DNA of 63,826 nt, filler included, from Stramenopiles sp. TOSAG23-2 (lineage: Eukaryota): assembly GCA_900128395.1 (NCBI GenBank). It is 7 parts of 7 records of this genome, joined end to end, with 100 filler letters (N's around TTAATTAATTAA, not from the genome) between each part and the next. Parts side by side here need not be neighbours in the genome. Positions count along the whole stretch, not along the records: positions 30,708 to 40,829 come from LT650043.1; positions 40,930 to 51,032 come from LT650044.1; 5 more parts are not named here. One strand, given 5' to 3'. The notes beneath the pieces are model-generated. The model did not search any database, was not told where the DNA came from, and saw only the letters and a list, made by a program, of their open reading frames with translations. The translations under genes were made by a program, and so were the position numbers. This document shows positions 34,837 to 47,848 of the stretch, piece after piece (the stretch's first letter is position 1; every line of letters starts with the position of its first letter).

Positions 34837-35637
34837 ATGATGACCCAAGCTTTAATAAACGAAGGTGCAAATGTAAACATACCAAATGGAAATGGACAAA
34901 CTGCAGTAACATTTGCTGCATCCGAAGCGTCAATATCTATTTTAAAACTTGTTGTTGGCAATAGTGGAGATATCAATCATTTGTGTCAAAAAAAAGAAAC
35001 ACCGCTTTCCTGGGCAGCATATGAAGGTAGGCAAGATTGTGTAGCTTATTTGCTGAAAAAAGGTGCTCAAGTAAATGTGTTAATAAAAGAGGCAAAAACA
35101 AATGGATGTAAGAAAAATTTAGAATTCCTGCAAAAAATTGCTAAAGAACAATTGTCATGTCACAGTAGTAGTAATGGGGGTACCTCTTCTAATAGCATTA
35201 TTGATCTTACAACAGCATCTAAATCAAATATTAATCCCACAACTAGTTCAGAAACCAAATTTAGTGATAATGATAATGAAATCAACAACGTTGAAAAGAT
35301 CCAGAAGAGTATTGGTAGCAACAATACATATAAAACAACAGCAACAGCAAGAGAAAGAAGTGACAGCAAAAGTATTAACAATAGCAAAATAATAAGAGAA
35401 GATGGCACCACTAGTACCACCACCACCACCACCACAACCACCAGCAATCTAGCAAAAAACAATGGATGTATAAAGGCATGCAGTTATTTGCAAAAATTTG
35501 AAACGAAACAGAAAAAGCGAAAGAACAATGATGAAGGAAATCATAGAAATAACAAGAAACAAAAAGTTTATAAAATCCGTCTTAATACTTCACCTAAAAA
35601 TGCACGAGAAGTGGTAATGGCATATAGGGAAGTGTAA
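34837..35637 (+). CDS. Ankyrin-repeat protein (2-3 repeats) with low-complexity tail; 5' end uncertain
   Basis: LINEGANVNIPNGNGQTAVTFAA and ETPLSWAAYEGRQDCVAYLLKKGAQVN. It begins mid-repeat, so an upstream exon (acceptors at 34818 or 34833) or truncation is likely. Confidence 0.75.
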   Translation: MMTQALINEGANVNIPNGNGQTAVTFAASEASISILKLVVGNSGDINHLCQKKETPLSWAAYEGRQDCVAYLLKKGAQVNVLIKEAKTNGCKKNLEFLQKIAKEQLSCHSSSNGGTSSNSIIDLTTASKSNINPTTSSETKFSDNDNEINNVEKIQKSIGSNNTYKTTATARERSDSKSINNSKIIREDGTTSTTTTTTTTTSNLAKNNGCIKACSYLQKFETKQKKRKNNDEGNHRNNKKQKVYKIRLNTSPKNAREVVMAYREV

Positions 35638-35674
35638 TAGCATACTAACATTCGTAAATAGGAGTGTGTGATTT

Positions 35675-35713
<39 letters not shown>

Positions 35714-35800
35714 TAAAAAAAAAATTAAAAAAGAGAAAAGAATCAAAATTTTATCTTTTTTTTTTAAGTTTACGCGAACCAAAATTTCAAAAGTATCGAA

Positions 35801-38800
35801 TCACGGCCTCCCACCATTGATATTACTTTTCCTCAACCGATCTAACGTCACAACCGCATTGAAATAATTATATATTTGATCTTCAAGCTGTTTCACGGAA
35901 ATTTTTAAATCATGTTGAATATCTTCCCTTTCCGGGTATTGTCGGATTAATTCATTTGATTCACGCAATAAATCATCTAGTAGTGCACGCGGTATCCAAG
36001 GTTCATCTGGTAACACAGCATTCTCACTTGCGTTATTTAAATATGCACGTATATGATAAAAAAGCTGTACTATTAAATGGGTACACATTACACATGCTCT
36101 ATTGTAACGCCCATATTGCATAAATATACGTACCAATGCCTCTGCATTACCATTTGACATTGCAAAACCCGAAGTAGCTTTTTTACGCCCTGCATTTAAT
36201 GCACGATCTTGTCCTAAATTATTGTATGATAACGATGTATCGCCCCCTAAAAGCGATTCAACAAGCCATACCGGTGGATCAATACGACTATCTATTTTTA
36301 ATATTGTATCAATAGCTATTAAGTGATATTTAAAATTAGTAGTAGTCGAATCAAATTTCTTCAACAACGCTTTCAAATGTTCTTCTTCTAATACTGCCTC
36401 TTGGCCACGTAATTTTACACACCTTGAAGCAGTTGCTCGTACCACAGGCTCTAATGAAATATCAAATGCAGAAGCTAATGATGCAGCGTAGTTACGATTA
36501 ATATTCATATTAGTATTATTAACAGAGCCATTGCTAGCAACATCATCAGTAATATTTTCATTTAAAAGTAAATTCATCGTCTCTTCAGCACCAACTAGCG
36601 GTGGATTCGACAATGAGATTTTTTGCCTTGCTTGCTCCAAAAATGCTTCTTTTGCTATATCCTTGACCCATAATATCCTGACACGAGGTGATTTATTTTG
36701 TTTCAAAGTTTTAACATTAGTTGAACTTTCCTCCTTATCTTCACTATTTCTGTTTCTTTTTTCATTTTTTTGTTCTGCAGAGTTGTTACCAATTATTAAA
36801 CATGCTTCATCCGGTGGTAGCAACCGCAAAGCATTTGTAGCAGCAACTAAAGCATTCGATCTTGCCAGTCTAATCTCTGGTGGTCCACCAGCATGTGATT
36901 GTTCTAACAAACGAGTTGCTAATTGATACATGGCATTTGCCGCAGAACGATAACTACCATATTTAACACTAAGTGCATATAGAAAATGAAATACCGTATT
37001 TTTTCCTAAACTACCTTTTGCAGACATCATTTTCTGTTCTAAATATTTAATGACATTTTCAATACCACCCAACATGGATTCCCATGGCAATCGACACAAC
37101 CAATCCATTTGGTTTTTATCTTGAAGCTCAAATATAAGCCGTTTTAAACAAACTTTTTGTTCATTAGCATCTGCAAGTGAAGACACTGCTACACATGCTT
37201 CGTCATACCTTCTACACTTCAACGTTTGCTGAAATACAATGTGCCAAAGTGTATTGCGATGGTTTTCCTGGACAGATACATCCATAATGGAATCACAGGT
37301 AGCAATCGCAATCCTTGCACATTGTAACGCAAGCTCTGGACTTCCCATAGTTGAACTAAACGTTTCAATAATCGCTAATAAATATCTCGTTCGCAAGGAA
37401 GCTGGTTCTAATGGCGCAGCTCTTAAAAAGTAATGAAATGCTTTATTGATATCTCGTATGCCTAAATATGCTTCACCTAATAAATGCGTATGACGTCGCG
37501 CACAGGCAATTTTCCTTGAATTACTCATATCATCAAAGCCACATTCACTCATTAACAATTTGCTATATCCTTTTAACCATTCAATTTGTCCATGTGATGC
37601 TAAATATTCAGCACCTACATCACTCAATTCACTTGGCCAAATATGACTCAACAATGTATCAGTATTTTGTACCGTAATCATCATTTCAGAGCACCACAAA
37701 TCTACTATTGGATTTCCTACATCGCTATTGATATTTACAACATTATCCGCTTGTGGTCTTCCTAATACTTGTACAGAGACATCATCAGCCAGGGCTACAG
37801 TCACTCTTCTACATGGTTTTAAAAAGACTAAATCACTTAACCAACCAATTGTTATAAATGATCGCAGCCCTTTCAATGTCGTGCCCAGGTAAAGTTCACT
37901 ATCTTCGATTAAATCGTATTTTTCAGCAAATGCAAATAGCAAACATAAATCACGACAAATAATAGTACGCGCTTGTAAATCTTTACGAAATACAGATGCA
38001 GCAGCAAATCCATTTTCAGCACTTTTCATGTTTCCATTAAATATATTGGTATAATTGTCTTGGTTATTGTTACCATTTTCATTTTGTAAATTCGATTCAG
38101 GCAATAATAAATTCAGCGACGAGGATAATTGTCGATGCAAATCATTTATATTTCCTATTCTTGCCTTGCATTCTTGAAGTACAAGGGTCGCACCAGATGT
38201 CGGTAATGAACATAAAAAATCTAATTTTTCTCTCGCCAATGCCATAAAATCATATGAAGACGAAGCGCCACTATCATCATCGCTAACTATATCTAAAACT
38301 AAATCCTTGCTATGGAAACTTTTCAAATCGTGTAAATATTCTTTACCTAAATCATCTGAATATTGTGAAAAAATATTCGATATTTGTTTCGCAGCATTAA
38401 ATACAATCATGTCTGTATTATCCTCGAAATTAATTTCACCAACAATGAAACGTTCATATCCAGTTAATGGCCGGAATTTTCCAACACTGCAGCGCCTTGC
38501 TATACCACATATATTTAACTCATCTTCTTGATTGTTTAAACAATACAATGATAATGGAGCATTTGAATTTCTCCATTCCGATACGCAATTTTTTAACAAT
38601 TTCATCCATTCCTCCTCACTAACAGCAGCATAGATATCATCTGGAACTTGAAAATCATCAGTAACAATGCGATTGTACATGATAGAAGCTCGTCTTTGTG
38701 ATATTTCATATACATGTTTTTTAACAATTGCAGATAAGCGTTGGGTGAAATCTCGATCATTTGTATTATTACCATTTTGCATCGTTGCATTTTGTACACC

Positions 38801-40474
38801 ACCTAATAACATATGTTGGGATGTTAATTGATGAACATTAAAATCATCTAAATCATCCACATCACGATCTTCCGGGTAGCAACTATGCAATGCTTGTACT
38901 ATCGTATTTCGATGAAACCTTTGCGGGAAAAATACACGTCGTTGAAAATGTTCAACAACTGCGTTCATAGTTAAATCATTTGATAAATACAAATCTTCCT
39001 CTTCTATTACGTTTGCGCTAAGATTACTTTCCAAAGTACTACAATAGGACGGGCCAGCCCAAACATCTCTATAGAAAATAGATTCTGCATTGGAAAAATA
39101 TTCTTGTACCGTATATTCACTTCCATTTCCATGAATATAAAGTGCTTGTAACCTTAAAGAAATATCATTATCAGGAGTATCTTTCATATTCAATGAAAAA
39201 TCAATTAATGTTTCCGTATTTTCAATAGAAGTTGGCCGAGTCATTTGTAAATTAATAAATGCTATACCATGATGTTTTTGCTCGAAATAAAACAAACGCT
39301 CCCCGCCGTTAGTAAAGCCGATAGAACATACAGTCAACACACCGAAACCATCGATGGATGTAGATATTAATTTCGAACTAACAACATTACGTGATTGATT
39401 GGCACTGTTATTGTCATTGTTTTGATGCCCTTCATCCAAATCTTTGGCAAGATCATGCTCGGATAACATTGTCTTTGAAGACATACTCCATGTTCGCATG
39501 ATGCCATTACCATACACGGCAGTGACAATATCGTCACAGGTAGAAATGGCAAAAATGGCGTTATTACTATTATTATTTCCTACATTACTCTCATTATTTC
39601 CATTATTACCACTAAATCCTAAGCCACTCCAAATACGACTAGTAAGACTAACTTCAGGGAAAAGAATAATTTCTTTTACTACAGGTTTTTTTGCCTTGGC
39701 ATCGCGTTTTCTCCTGCTATCCCGTGCTTTGCGCGATGACGATGATGATCGTGGAAAATGCGCTAAAATTATTTTACCAGATGATAAACCTACATTTGCT
39801 TTTGAATTTGATAACCAATCGCATGAGGTAACAACTTCTTCTTCTGCTTCAATATTGGTGTTTTTCGATGATGATAATTCAGGCAACACAATCCCTTCTA
39901 ATTCGGGAGATATTCGCGTACATAAAAAAGATAAATTTTTACGATCATCATTATTAGAATTATTATCATCATCCATCCTATTGGAAGACAATGGATGTTG
40001 AAAACGTATACAAAATAAACAACCTCTTGCGGTAGAAATACATACATTTATTGGTTCATCAAAACTTTCATGATCTTCTATTACTTGTATATTCACTATC
40101 CTACCACAAAGTTCAGGGACAATAATGTGCAGCATGTCCCCATTTAATCGTTGCTCACCGTGTATATTTATATCACGTAATAAAATAATGTTGCCTCTAT
40201 TATATTCTCCACCATAGGTCCAAAATAAACCACGACGATTTCCTTCGTCATTGTTATCATTACTATCCGTACTCCAATTCAAAACATGAAGTCTACTAAT
40301 TGTGCCCTGTGATGTTTGTCCTATTATATTGCTAGTGTTACTACTATTTTTGCTGGAATTTGAACGAGATTGAAATCCAATTGGTACATCTAATTCTAAA
40401 CTCTCATATGTTTCAGGTGTAATATTTTTCGCATCATACAAGCGCGCAGTGACAAATTCATCAAGCGTCGACAT
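35801..40474 (-). CDS. NUP160: Nuclear pore Y-complex nucleoporin Nup160
   Basis: Beta-rich N-terminus, then a helical solenoid with RRVFFPQRF, HLLGEAYL...KAFHYFLRAA, LWHIVFQQTL...YDEAC, CLKRLIFEL, FLYAL...SYRSAANAMYQLATRL, ATNALRLL, PPVWLV, ALVRIFMQYGRY, WIP..LLDDLL. First ATG is at 40474. Confidence 0.88.
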   Translation of the reverse strand: MSTLDEFVTARLYDAKNITPETYESLELDVPIGFQSRSNSSKNSSNTSNIIGQTSQGTISRLHVLNWSTDSNDNNDEGNRRGLFWTYGGEYNRGNIILLRDINIHGEQRLNGDMLHIIVPELCGRIVNIQVIEDHESFDEPINVCISTARGCLFCIRFQHPLSSNRMDDDNNSNNDDRKNLSFLCTRISPELEGIVLPELSSSKNTNIEAEEEVVTSCDWLSNSKANVGLSSGKIILAHFPRSSSSSRKARDSRRKRDAKAKKPVVKEIILFPEVSLTSRIWSGLGFSGNNGNNESNVGNNNSNNAIFAISTCDDIVTAVYGNGIMRTWSMSSKTMLSEHDLAKDLDEGHQNNDNNSANQSRNVVSSKLISTSIDGFGVLTVCSIGFTNGGERLFYFEQKHHGIAFINLQMTRPTSIENTETLIDFSLNMKDTPDNDISLRLQALYIHGNGSEYTVQEYFSNAESIFYRDVWAGPSYCSTLESNLSANVIEEEDLYLSNDLTMNAVVEHFQRRVFFPQRFHRNTIVQALHSCYPEDRDVDDLDDFNVHQLTSQHMLLGGVQNATMQNGNNTNDRDFTQRLSAIVKKHVYEISQRRASIMYNRIVTDDFQVPDDIYAAVSEEEWMKLLKNCVSEWRNSNAPLSLYCLNNQEDELNICGIARRCSVGKFRPLTGYERFIVGEINFEDNTDMIVFNAAKQISNIFSQYSDDLGKEYLHDLKSFHSKDLVLDIVSDDDSGASSSYDFMALAREKLDFLCSLPTSGATLVLQECKARIGNINDLHRQLSSSLNLLLPESNLQNENGNNNQDNYTNIFNGNMKSAENGFAAASVFRKDLQARTIICRDLCLLFAFAEKYDLIEDSELYLGTTLKGLRSFITIGWLSDLVFLKPCRRVTVALADDVSVQVLGRPQADNVVNINSDVGNPIVDLWCSEMMITVQNTDTLLSHIWPSELSDVGAEYLASHGQIEWLKGYSKLLMSECGFDDMSNSRKIACARRHTHLLGEAYLGIRDINKAFHYFLRAAPLEPASLRTRYLLAIIETFSSTMGSPELALQCARIAIATCDSIMDVSVQENHRNTLWHIVFQQTLKCRRYDEACVAVSSLADANEQKVCLKRLIFELQDKNQMDWLCRLPWESMLGGIENVIKYLEQKMMSAKGSLGKNTVFHFLYALSVKYGSYRSAANAMYQLATRLLEQSHAGGPPEIRLARSNALVAATNALRLLPPDEACLIIGNNSAEQKNEKRNRNSEDKEESSTNVKTLKQNKSPRVRILWVKDIAKEAFLEQARQKISLSNPPLVGAEETMNLLLNENITDDVASNGSVNNTNMNINRNYAASLASAFDISLEPVVRATASRCVKLRGQEAVLEEEHLKALLKKFDSTTTNFKYHLIAIDTILKIDSRIDPPVWLVESLLGGDTSLSYNNLGQDRALNAGRKKATSGFAMSNGNAEALVRIFMQYGRYNRACVMCTHLIVQLFYHIRAYLNNASENAVLPDEPWIPRALLDDLLRESNELIRQYPEREDIQHDLKISVKQLEDQIYNYFNAVVTLDRLRKSNINGGRP

Positions 40475-40829
40475 GATTTCACTTTGTATATGATACAAAC
40501 AATGATGTAGTTACATGTCCTTTGTATTTATGTTTTACTATCTTCTACATATATATCTTTATTTATTATGGAATAATCAATATAATTATGTATCAAAATT
40601 CAAAATAATCTATTAAAATATATGGCCCTTTTCATAATAATAAAATATAATAGCATTACGTACTGTTCTAACTTTACTAACTGTGGATGATAACTGATAT
40701 TTGTGCATTTTATACCAGGTATTCTAGATTATGGTTATAAATTTTTTAAGAATACTAGTTTTCCTTGCCTTAGGCTTGTAAATAAGACGGATGAAACTCT
40801 CCTAAAAACAGGCGTGGTCTAATTAGTAC

Positions 40830-40929
40830 NNNNNNNNNNNNNNNNNNNNNNNNNNNNNNNNNNNNNNNNNNNNTTAATTAATTAANNNNNNNNNNNNNNN
40901 NNNNNNNNNNNNNNNNNNNNNNNNNNNNN
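40830..40929. other. Artificial contig spacer
   Basis: 44 N + TTAATTAATTAA + 44 N. Confidence 0.99.
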
Positions 40930-43900
40930 TTACTTGCTCCACGTGGCAACGGGGTTGCTTTTATACGCCATAATGGAGTAACTTCATTGATAGATATGCT
41001 GTCCTCCTTTGTCAACATTTGATAACTTTTCACATTGTTATTACCTAATGGTGTACGATTAAATACTAATTTCCGTACAATATTCAAAATACCAGTCTTA
41101 TTGACAAAGTATCTAAGCGCATTGGACCTTCCAAATTGAAGTCCCCATGCATCCATGATTACACTGATTAGTCTAGCTTGATCATGTGTTAACGTCGATG
41201 AATGCTGTACAACATGTTCCAAAATATCCGTCAAAGTTTGAAACAATGAAGTAAACGTATTCCACGTAGTTTGCTTCATTAACTTGTTACTAGCGTTCAA
41301 ATGTTTAAATATAAACGCATCGACTGAAGGCGTATCTCGTAATGCTGGCCCTAATGTACGTATTACTTCCTTCTTCAATGATGGGAGTTGGACGGATTTA
41401 ATCAGGCACTCATAGCTATACAAGCCACTTGCACGACATATTGCCAGTTCAGATTGAATCATACCATCATGCATAATATCGTAATGAGGTTGTCGATTAC
41501 AATACGATTGTATCAGCGCCTCGTAAACAAAGGAGGAAAACAAACTATTATTCGGATTTGAATTTGCTTGTACCTTATTTTTTTTCGAATCCTCTTGCTG
41601 TTGCTTTTTCAACATTTTCTCGCCACATTTTGTCAATTGTTTCCATCTAACAATGATAAAAATGCGACTGCGAACGGAGCGCCACTTACTGCGTGGATGC
41701 CGCCGTAAAAACGATAAACCATCATACTTATGCGCAGTTGCCTCTTGTACCCATTTCGCATTCATATCATAACATGCAATCGATGGGTCGGATGGTGACG
41801 TAATTAATGAAGACGATGCTACCATCGATGAATCGTTAAAATACTCATCAGAGAAATTGACATTACCAGAGGAAGAAGTAGAATTCCTAAATGCAAATGG
41901 CTTGTAACATAGCAGTGCTTTGCATTTGTTAATAATTTCCCTACTAATATTTGTCAAGTATGTGTTAATATCCACGGTTTTGTCATTTGGCTGCATATTT
42001 CTATGCCTTAAAATCCATTGGCGAATATCACTAACGTTTTTCCATATAATAATAAAACGCAAAGGCACTGGAATGTTATTCATATCAATTGCTCTTTTTT
42101 TCGCTTTCCCTTTCGTCACTGCTTGGTCAATCAATATACGCGTATATGCCATGATATCTGGTGTTAAACCATAATGTTTTATTACAGTCATGGCAACTGC
42201 GCGTTCAACCTGTTCGAAGCATTTATACATGTCTTTATTATTTCTAAATTGCAACAATGACATTTTATATTGTGGATTTATTAAAATATATTTATTTTTC
42301 AACCACTTTAAAATTGCATTGACGCTGTCCACTTGAGCATGTACAACCATATCCTCATCCTCTTCATCGATATCTCTGAAGATCAATTGCGCAAATTCCC
42401 TGCGCTCCTTTGACGATAAACCTAAATGCTTTACCCATCCTTTAATAATTATTGATAGTTCATCCTCATTTTGTTTTGCAAGCATTTCTATATCGGATTC
42501 CATAGCATTTAAAGCTATTGATTGCAATGATATTTCTTCATTAGCACGGCTTATGTGGCTTCCAAAATGCATGTAACTTGTGGTCAATCCACGATTCCCG
42601 TGTACATTCGATGGTGCATCACCATTGCTCCTAGAAGTGGTCGTAAATGTATTGACAGCATCTAGAACCGTCTCTTCAAGCCCGTTTTTACATAGTGTAT
42701 CTAAGAAAACATTTCGCTTTGGATATACACGCTTATGAATCAACAGTGCCTCACCAGTAACTAATGTAGCTGCCATTCGTGATGTTAATACGCCAATGGT
42801 TTTTTCTAAATTAATAATCCAACCATATGGTTTTTTCATATTTCCATTGAAAACATTTGCAACACCACTACTTGTAGCATTTGTCGGCGAAGTAGTATTA
42901 CTACCATTATCACCCGGCGTGCTATTACTTGGATTAATATTCATGCCAATATGATGATTCATATTGCGCAGATGGCGATTGTGGTTGTTTTGCTGCCCAT
43001 CAAATGATTCTTCCAATGATTGTGTACGTGCATGTTCTAATGCCATAACATCACCATTGAAATTCAACAAACGATCTAATAACGCCAAAAGTGAAGTCAA
43101 TGGTTGCAGGAACACTTTGCTAAAGCGATGTGAACCACTGAATAAGATCAAACCAGTCATCAAACTTGGTAATATTTTACCAACAAGTCCTGATTCCAGC
43201 GTTTTCCAAATTAAATCTGGCGAAACAGTCCCATGATTATCCTCACACCATGCACTAATTTGTGTTAATATTTCAACTACGCGACTAATCATTTGTTCCG
43301 TGTAATTCATCAACAATTTCATTCCGCCATTGCCGTTGTTGTTAACATTACTTATTTCTACGTCGTTACTAATATGCTTCATATTACCAATTTTCCCAGG
43401 TCGGTTTCGTTTCTTCTTTTTGTTTTTCGTCGATTTACGTCCTCTTCCATCCTCACTCATCCTCTCCGATGCCATTACGTGTTGGAACACTTTTTGTTTT
43501 GTTACATCGTGCAAATAATTTGAATTGTACGCCAATGGATCTCGTCCTGCGCTACTTAATAAATGTTTTTGTAATGCCAATACCAAATCAATAAAATTAA
43601 TATTACTTCCATTGTCTCCATTGCTTCCGTGTATGTTATCCGTAGATGTTGGTATGGATTTCTTTCGATCATTCGAAGTAGTGTCAATAAAACTGCCTTC
43701 TGCCTCATCAATTTCTTCTAATGCTTTGATAATCTTAATGCTGGCGTCATCTGCAACGTGGTTTAACAACGAACTTGTTAAAATTCGCACCGGCGATTCA
43801 TTAATAATTAGTTTATCGTTGTTATTCGTACGTGCTAAATGGCTACTCATTAATAAAAAGACTATCATGCTATCTTCTGATAACCTTTGTGTCAACGGTG

Positions 43901-46900
43901 TTAATAAAAAGGAACTTAAAACCACTTTACCATGAGTACTGATACCGTCTTTATTTTTCAACATTAATTGTGTATACAACTCTACAATATCTTGAGCCGA
44001 TGGGTAAAATAATTGTAAGCCAACTGATAAGACATTTGCACTTTCTGTTTGTATTTCATACAAGATCTGTGTAATGTTCGATGGTATACCATGCAAATGT
44101 CTATTCGGATCTTCAATATCAGCATTTGTTAAGCCGACACTTCGTTTTGGATCTTCCAACATATCAATCAATTTATCTTTTAAATGAAACAACACCCTAT
44201 CTAACTTGGCATTGATGCTTGAACCATCCGATATTAGCTTTGCTAAATTTGCACGCAACAATTTTAAACACGCTAAAACTATTTGTGGTCTTGTTGAACG
44301 ATTCATTTTACTAATGCTTGGCAATGCTGGTTTCGTCTTCTTGTTACTTGATGATGTATTCATAGCACGTCCAGTAATGGAAAAGAAGGACAAAAGCAAC
44401 TCGAATGTTTCTGGACGCGTATCGACGCAAAATGTCCCATTGCTATTGTTGGTATTTGCAGCCGTACCTTCTTTTGCACGAGTATTTGTGTTAAAAAACG
44501 ATGGATACTCCCCTCTAACTGGTAAATACGACGTAGCTAATCTATCTAAATGCCCCATGATAAATATAGCAACATGTTCTGGATCAATATCGTTGCGCTT
44601 GGCATGTCTCAGTAGCTCCTCTTCCGTTTGTTCTAATTTATAATCCAACTCGATGCTATCCTCATTATCCAACAAATCATCATGATGTTTACTAGGGCTC
44701 ATTGCATGTACGGAAGGAGATGCATCGTTGCCATGAATATTGCTCCATGCAGGATCATTTGGCCCAACGCTACCGACACTGTTGATTCGAGTTGTACGGC
44801 TTGGACTTGCGTTGTTTAAATTGCCATTTCCATTTGTGCTTGGCACCGTTCCATTGCTATTACTATTACGTATCGTAGCAAATGGACTGTGACCACTCAT
44901 TGCCGATGTTGGCGTTGTAAGATCATCATGTGGCTTTGGAGAACTATTGGATAAGTGACTGTTTGAACTTGGAGTATTCAAACCTGCGTTGCCATGATGT
45001 AGCATATTAGGTGCATTGTTTACATTACCAACATTGGATATGTTGATACTGCTTGGTTTTTTGCTTTCTTTTTTGTTACCATCTGAATCTGTAACAGTGC
45101 TGCTAGCGCTGTATTTTACACTATCCCCTTTGATAGTTCCTAACAGATTGCTGCTGCTATTATTTTTCATACTACGTGCACTGCCGATATTCTCCTCTAC
45201 AAGTTCATCTGGCAATTTGTATTGTGGCAATTCCAATAAACCTTGTGCACTTGATGGCATTGTATTTCCTTTTTTAAACATATGCACGCCACTTTTACTA
45301 GATGTGACGCCGGAATCAGTACCTGTACTGCCTTCAAAATTTTCACGATTTATCAAATCGCCAGTTAAAACGATTGTGTGGTAAAATCCACACGCTACCA
45401 TTGCTACACGTTTGCCTGTAAACGTCCCGATCAACCATGGCGTATGGCGTTCGGCATCATCACCAGTGCCTAATTGCCCATGGTTGTTTCTACCAAAAAC
45501 ATATAAGGCACCACTATTTGCAATACAAACACTGTGGTAACAACCTGCGCTTAGAGCAACTATGCCTTTTCCAGAAAGCATTTCAATCAATTGCGGCCCG
45601 AATACACGTTGTGCAGTATGTCCAAGTCCTAACTGGCCATAATCATTTCGTCCGAAGGAAAAAACGTGAGAACTTTCCAACAAGCAAAGTGTATGGTAAT
45701 ATCCACATCGAAATTTTAAGACATTGCCATCTTCAAAAATAGGCGAGTCTAGTAAAATAGGACGCCGTTGACATTCCGTGCTGACTAAACCCAATTGACC
45801 ATAATCATTCTTGCCAAACCCATATGCATGGCCACTATAAGTTGCAATCATGGTATGGTATTGACCACATCCAATGCTACGTGCCGGGCTGCCTTCAGCT
45901 TGTGGTAAATCCACACGTGCAGGTTCCTTCCTATCCGTGCTATCGCCAAGCCCTAATTGGCCAAAATCATTGCGTCCAAATGCAAATATTTCGCCACTTT
46001 GACACGATAAGACACTATGGTAATAGGAACAAGAAACGGTTTTGACTTTTTTATTTAATAACAAGCCGCGAACTAAACGCGGGGAAAATATGCTAGACGT
46101 GGAACCTTGGCCTAATTGTCCACGATAATTGTACCCAAATGAAAACAATTTACCATCATTTGAAACAGCTAAGGTGTGTTCACATCCATTGTAAGCATGT
46201 ATTTGTTGAATGTTTGCAACGCCTTTTAAATCGTCAATTACTGTTAAGGTGCCAACCCTATCTGTATTTCCTTGGCCACATTGGCCATTATCATTGTAAC
46301 CAGCCGTATATACTAAACCATCCCCAGTCATCAATACAGTATGTTCATTACCTGCACATACTGCAACTATGTTTTTACCTTCTACTGCCATGACTCGTGC
46401 TGGACTTTTTCGTGTTGCCGTATCACCTTGTATCAATTCCCCATAACTATTTTGGCCAAATGTCCACACTTCTCGTTCATTACTATGTGGACTCATTGCA
46501 CGGCCATTGCTGCCATTGATGGAAGTGTATGTATTTGGTTGCACTTTAGCATTTTCTAAGCAACGTAAATATGGTGCAACATTTAATGGCTCAATCCATT
46601 TATAATATGGTTTCGGCTTATGTCGATCATTATAAATCATTTGTGCTATGCTAATCGCTTCATCATTATCACCATCAGTAGCATTCATTGTCGTACTTCC
46701 TGGAATTAATGCTTTATCACGTTGCTTTGCTTTTAAAAGCAATTGTTTCTTCTTATTAATTTCTTTTTCAGATGCTTCAGATGATCCTGGGCGTTTCCCA
46801 CTGCTACTATTACTGTTTGAATCGCCGTTTTTGTTATTACTAGATGGAGACAGTTTTTTACTATTATTATCAGTTGAGATTATATTATCAGATGTGGTCG

Positions 46901-47815
46901 AGGATAGATTTGTTATGGTGGATATGGAGGAAGTTGTAGATGTACTTGATTTTGCACTACTAATTGCACGAGTGTTGACTACATTTTTATCAAAATTGCT
47001 GTTGGTGTTGGTGGTGGTGGTCGTCGTCGTCATACTGCCACTACTACTACTACTGCTACTACTACCACTAGTTTCCATGTTGCCATTTTTATTCGATTTT
47101 GAATCTATATTTTTCGGGGAATAATCATCCGATTCATTAAATGTACTGCTTGATTCAACAACATCTACACGATTCACGGTCTGTGTTTTCATTTCATTTA
47201 CTGTATGTTCAATCATTAGTTGTTCTTCACGATCTTCTAACATTTCTTGTACCGTTTGTTGTTGTTGTTGCCCACGTTTCTTTTTTATTAATTTGTTTTT
47301 CTTATCTTCATTTGCTTTACTATCGATTGGATTTAAACGTTTTAACAATACGGTTGTATCATTTACTAAATTAGATGATGAACCATCACTATCATCATTA
47401 TTATTCGTCGAAGGGTTGTTACTATTTGTATTATTTTCTTCTTCTTCTTCTTCTCGCTTTGTTTCTAATTGTTTATCTATTGCTTCACCTGTTGTAGCTT
47501 CACTCCAACTGACACATAATAATATCTTTACAGCCATTAACAAATCGCATAAACTACCACGAACACATGCCAATGCTATTAACGATGTGATAGCACTTGT
47601 GCGATCTTGCAATTGTAATTTACCAGCAATCATTTTTTCTTTTTCATTTAAAACATTCATTTCATTTAACAATTCGCACTCATTAACAGATGGTAACGCC
47701 GCACTATAAAGAAAATCGCGTATGGCATCTAAAATACCTAAATTTGCAGCACTATTTTGCGTTTTCAGATTACCATTATTTTGTTGAAACAATGCAAATG
47801 GATGTGTACTACTTC

Positions 47816-47848
<33 letters not shown>

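Noticed and set aside
40878-40929. Apparent stop of the 2621-aa ORF
   Set aside because: The stop comes from the linker; the gene is truncated by the contig end.
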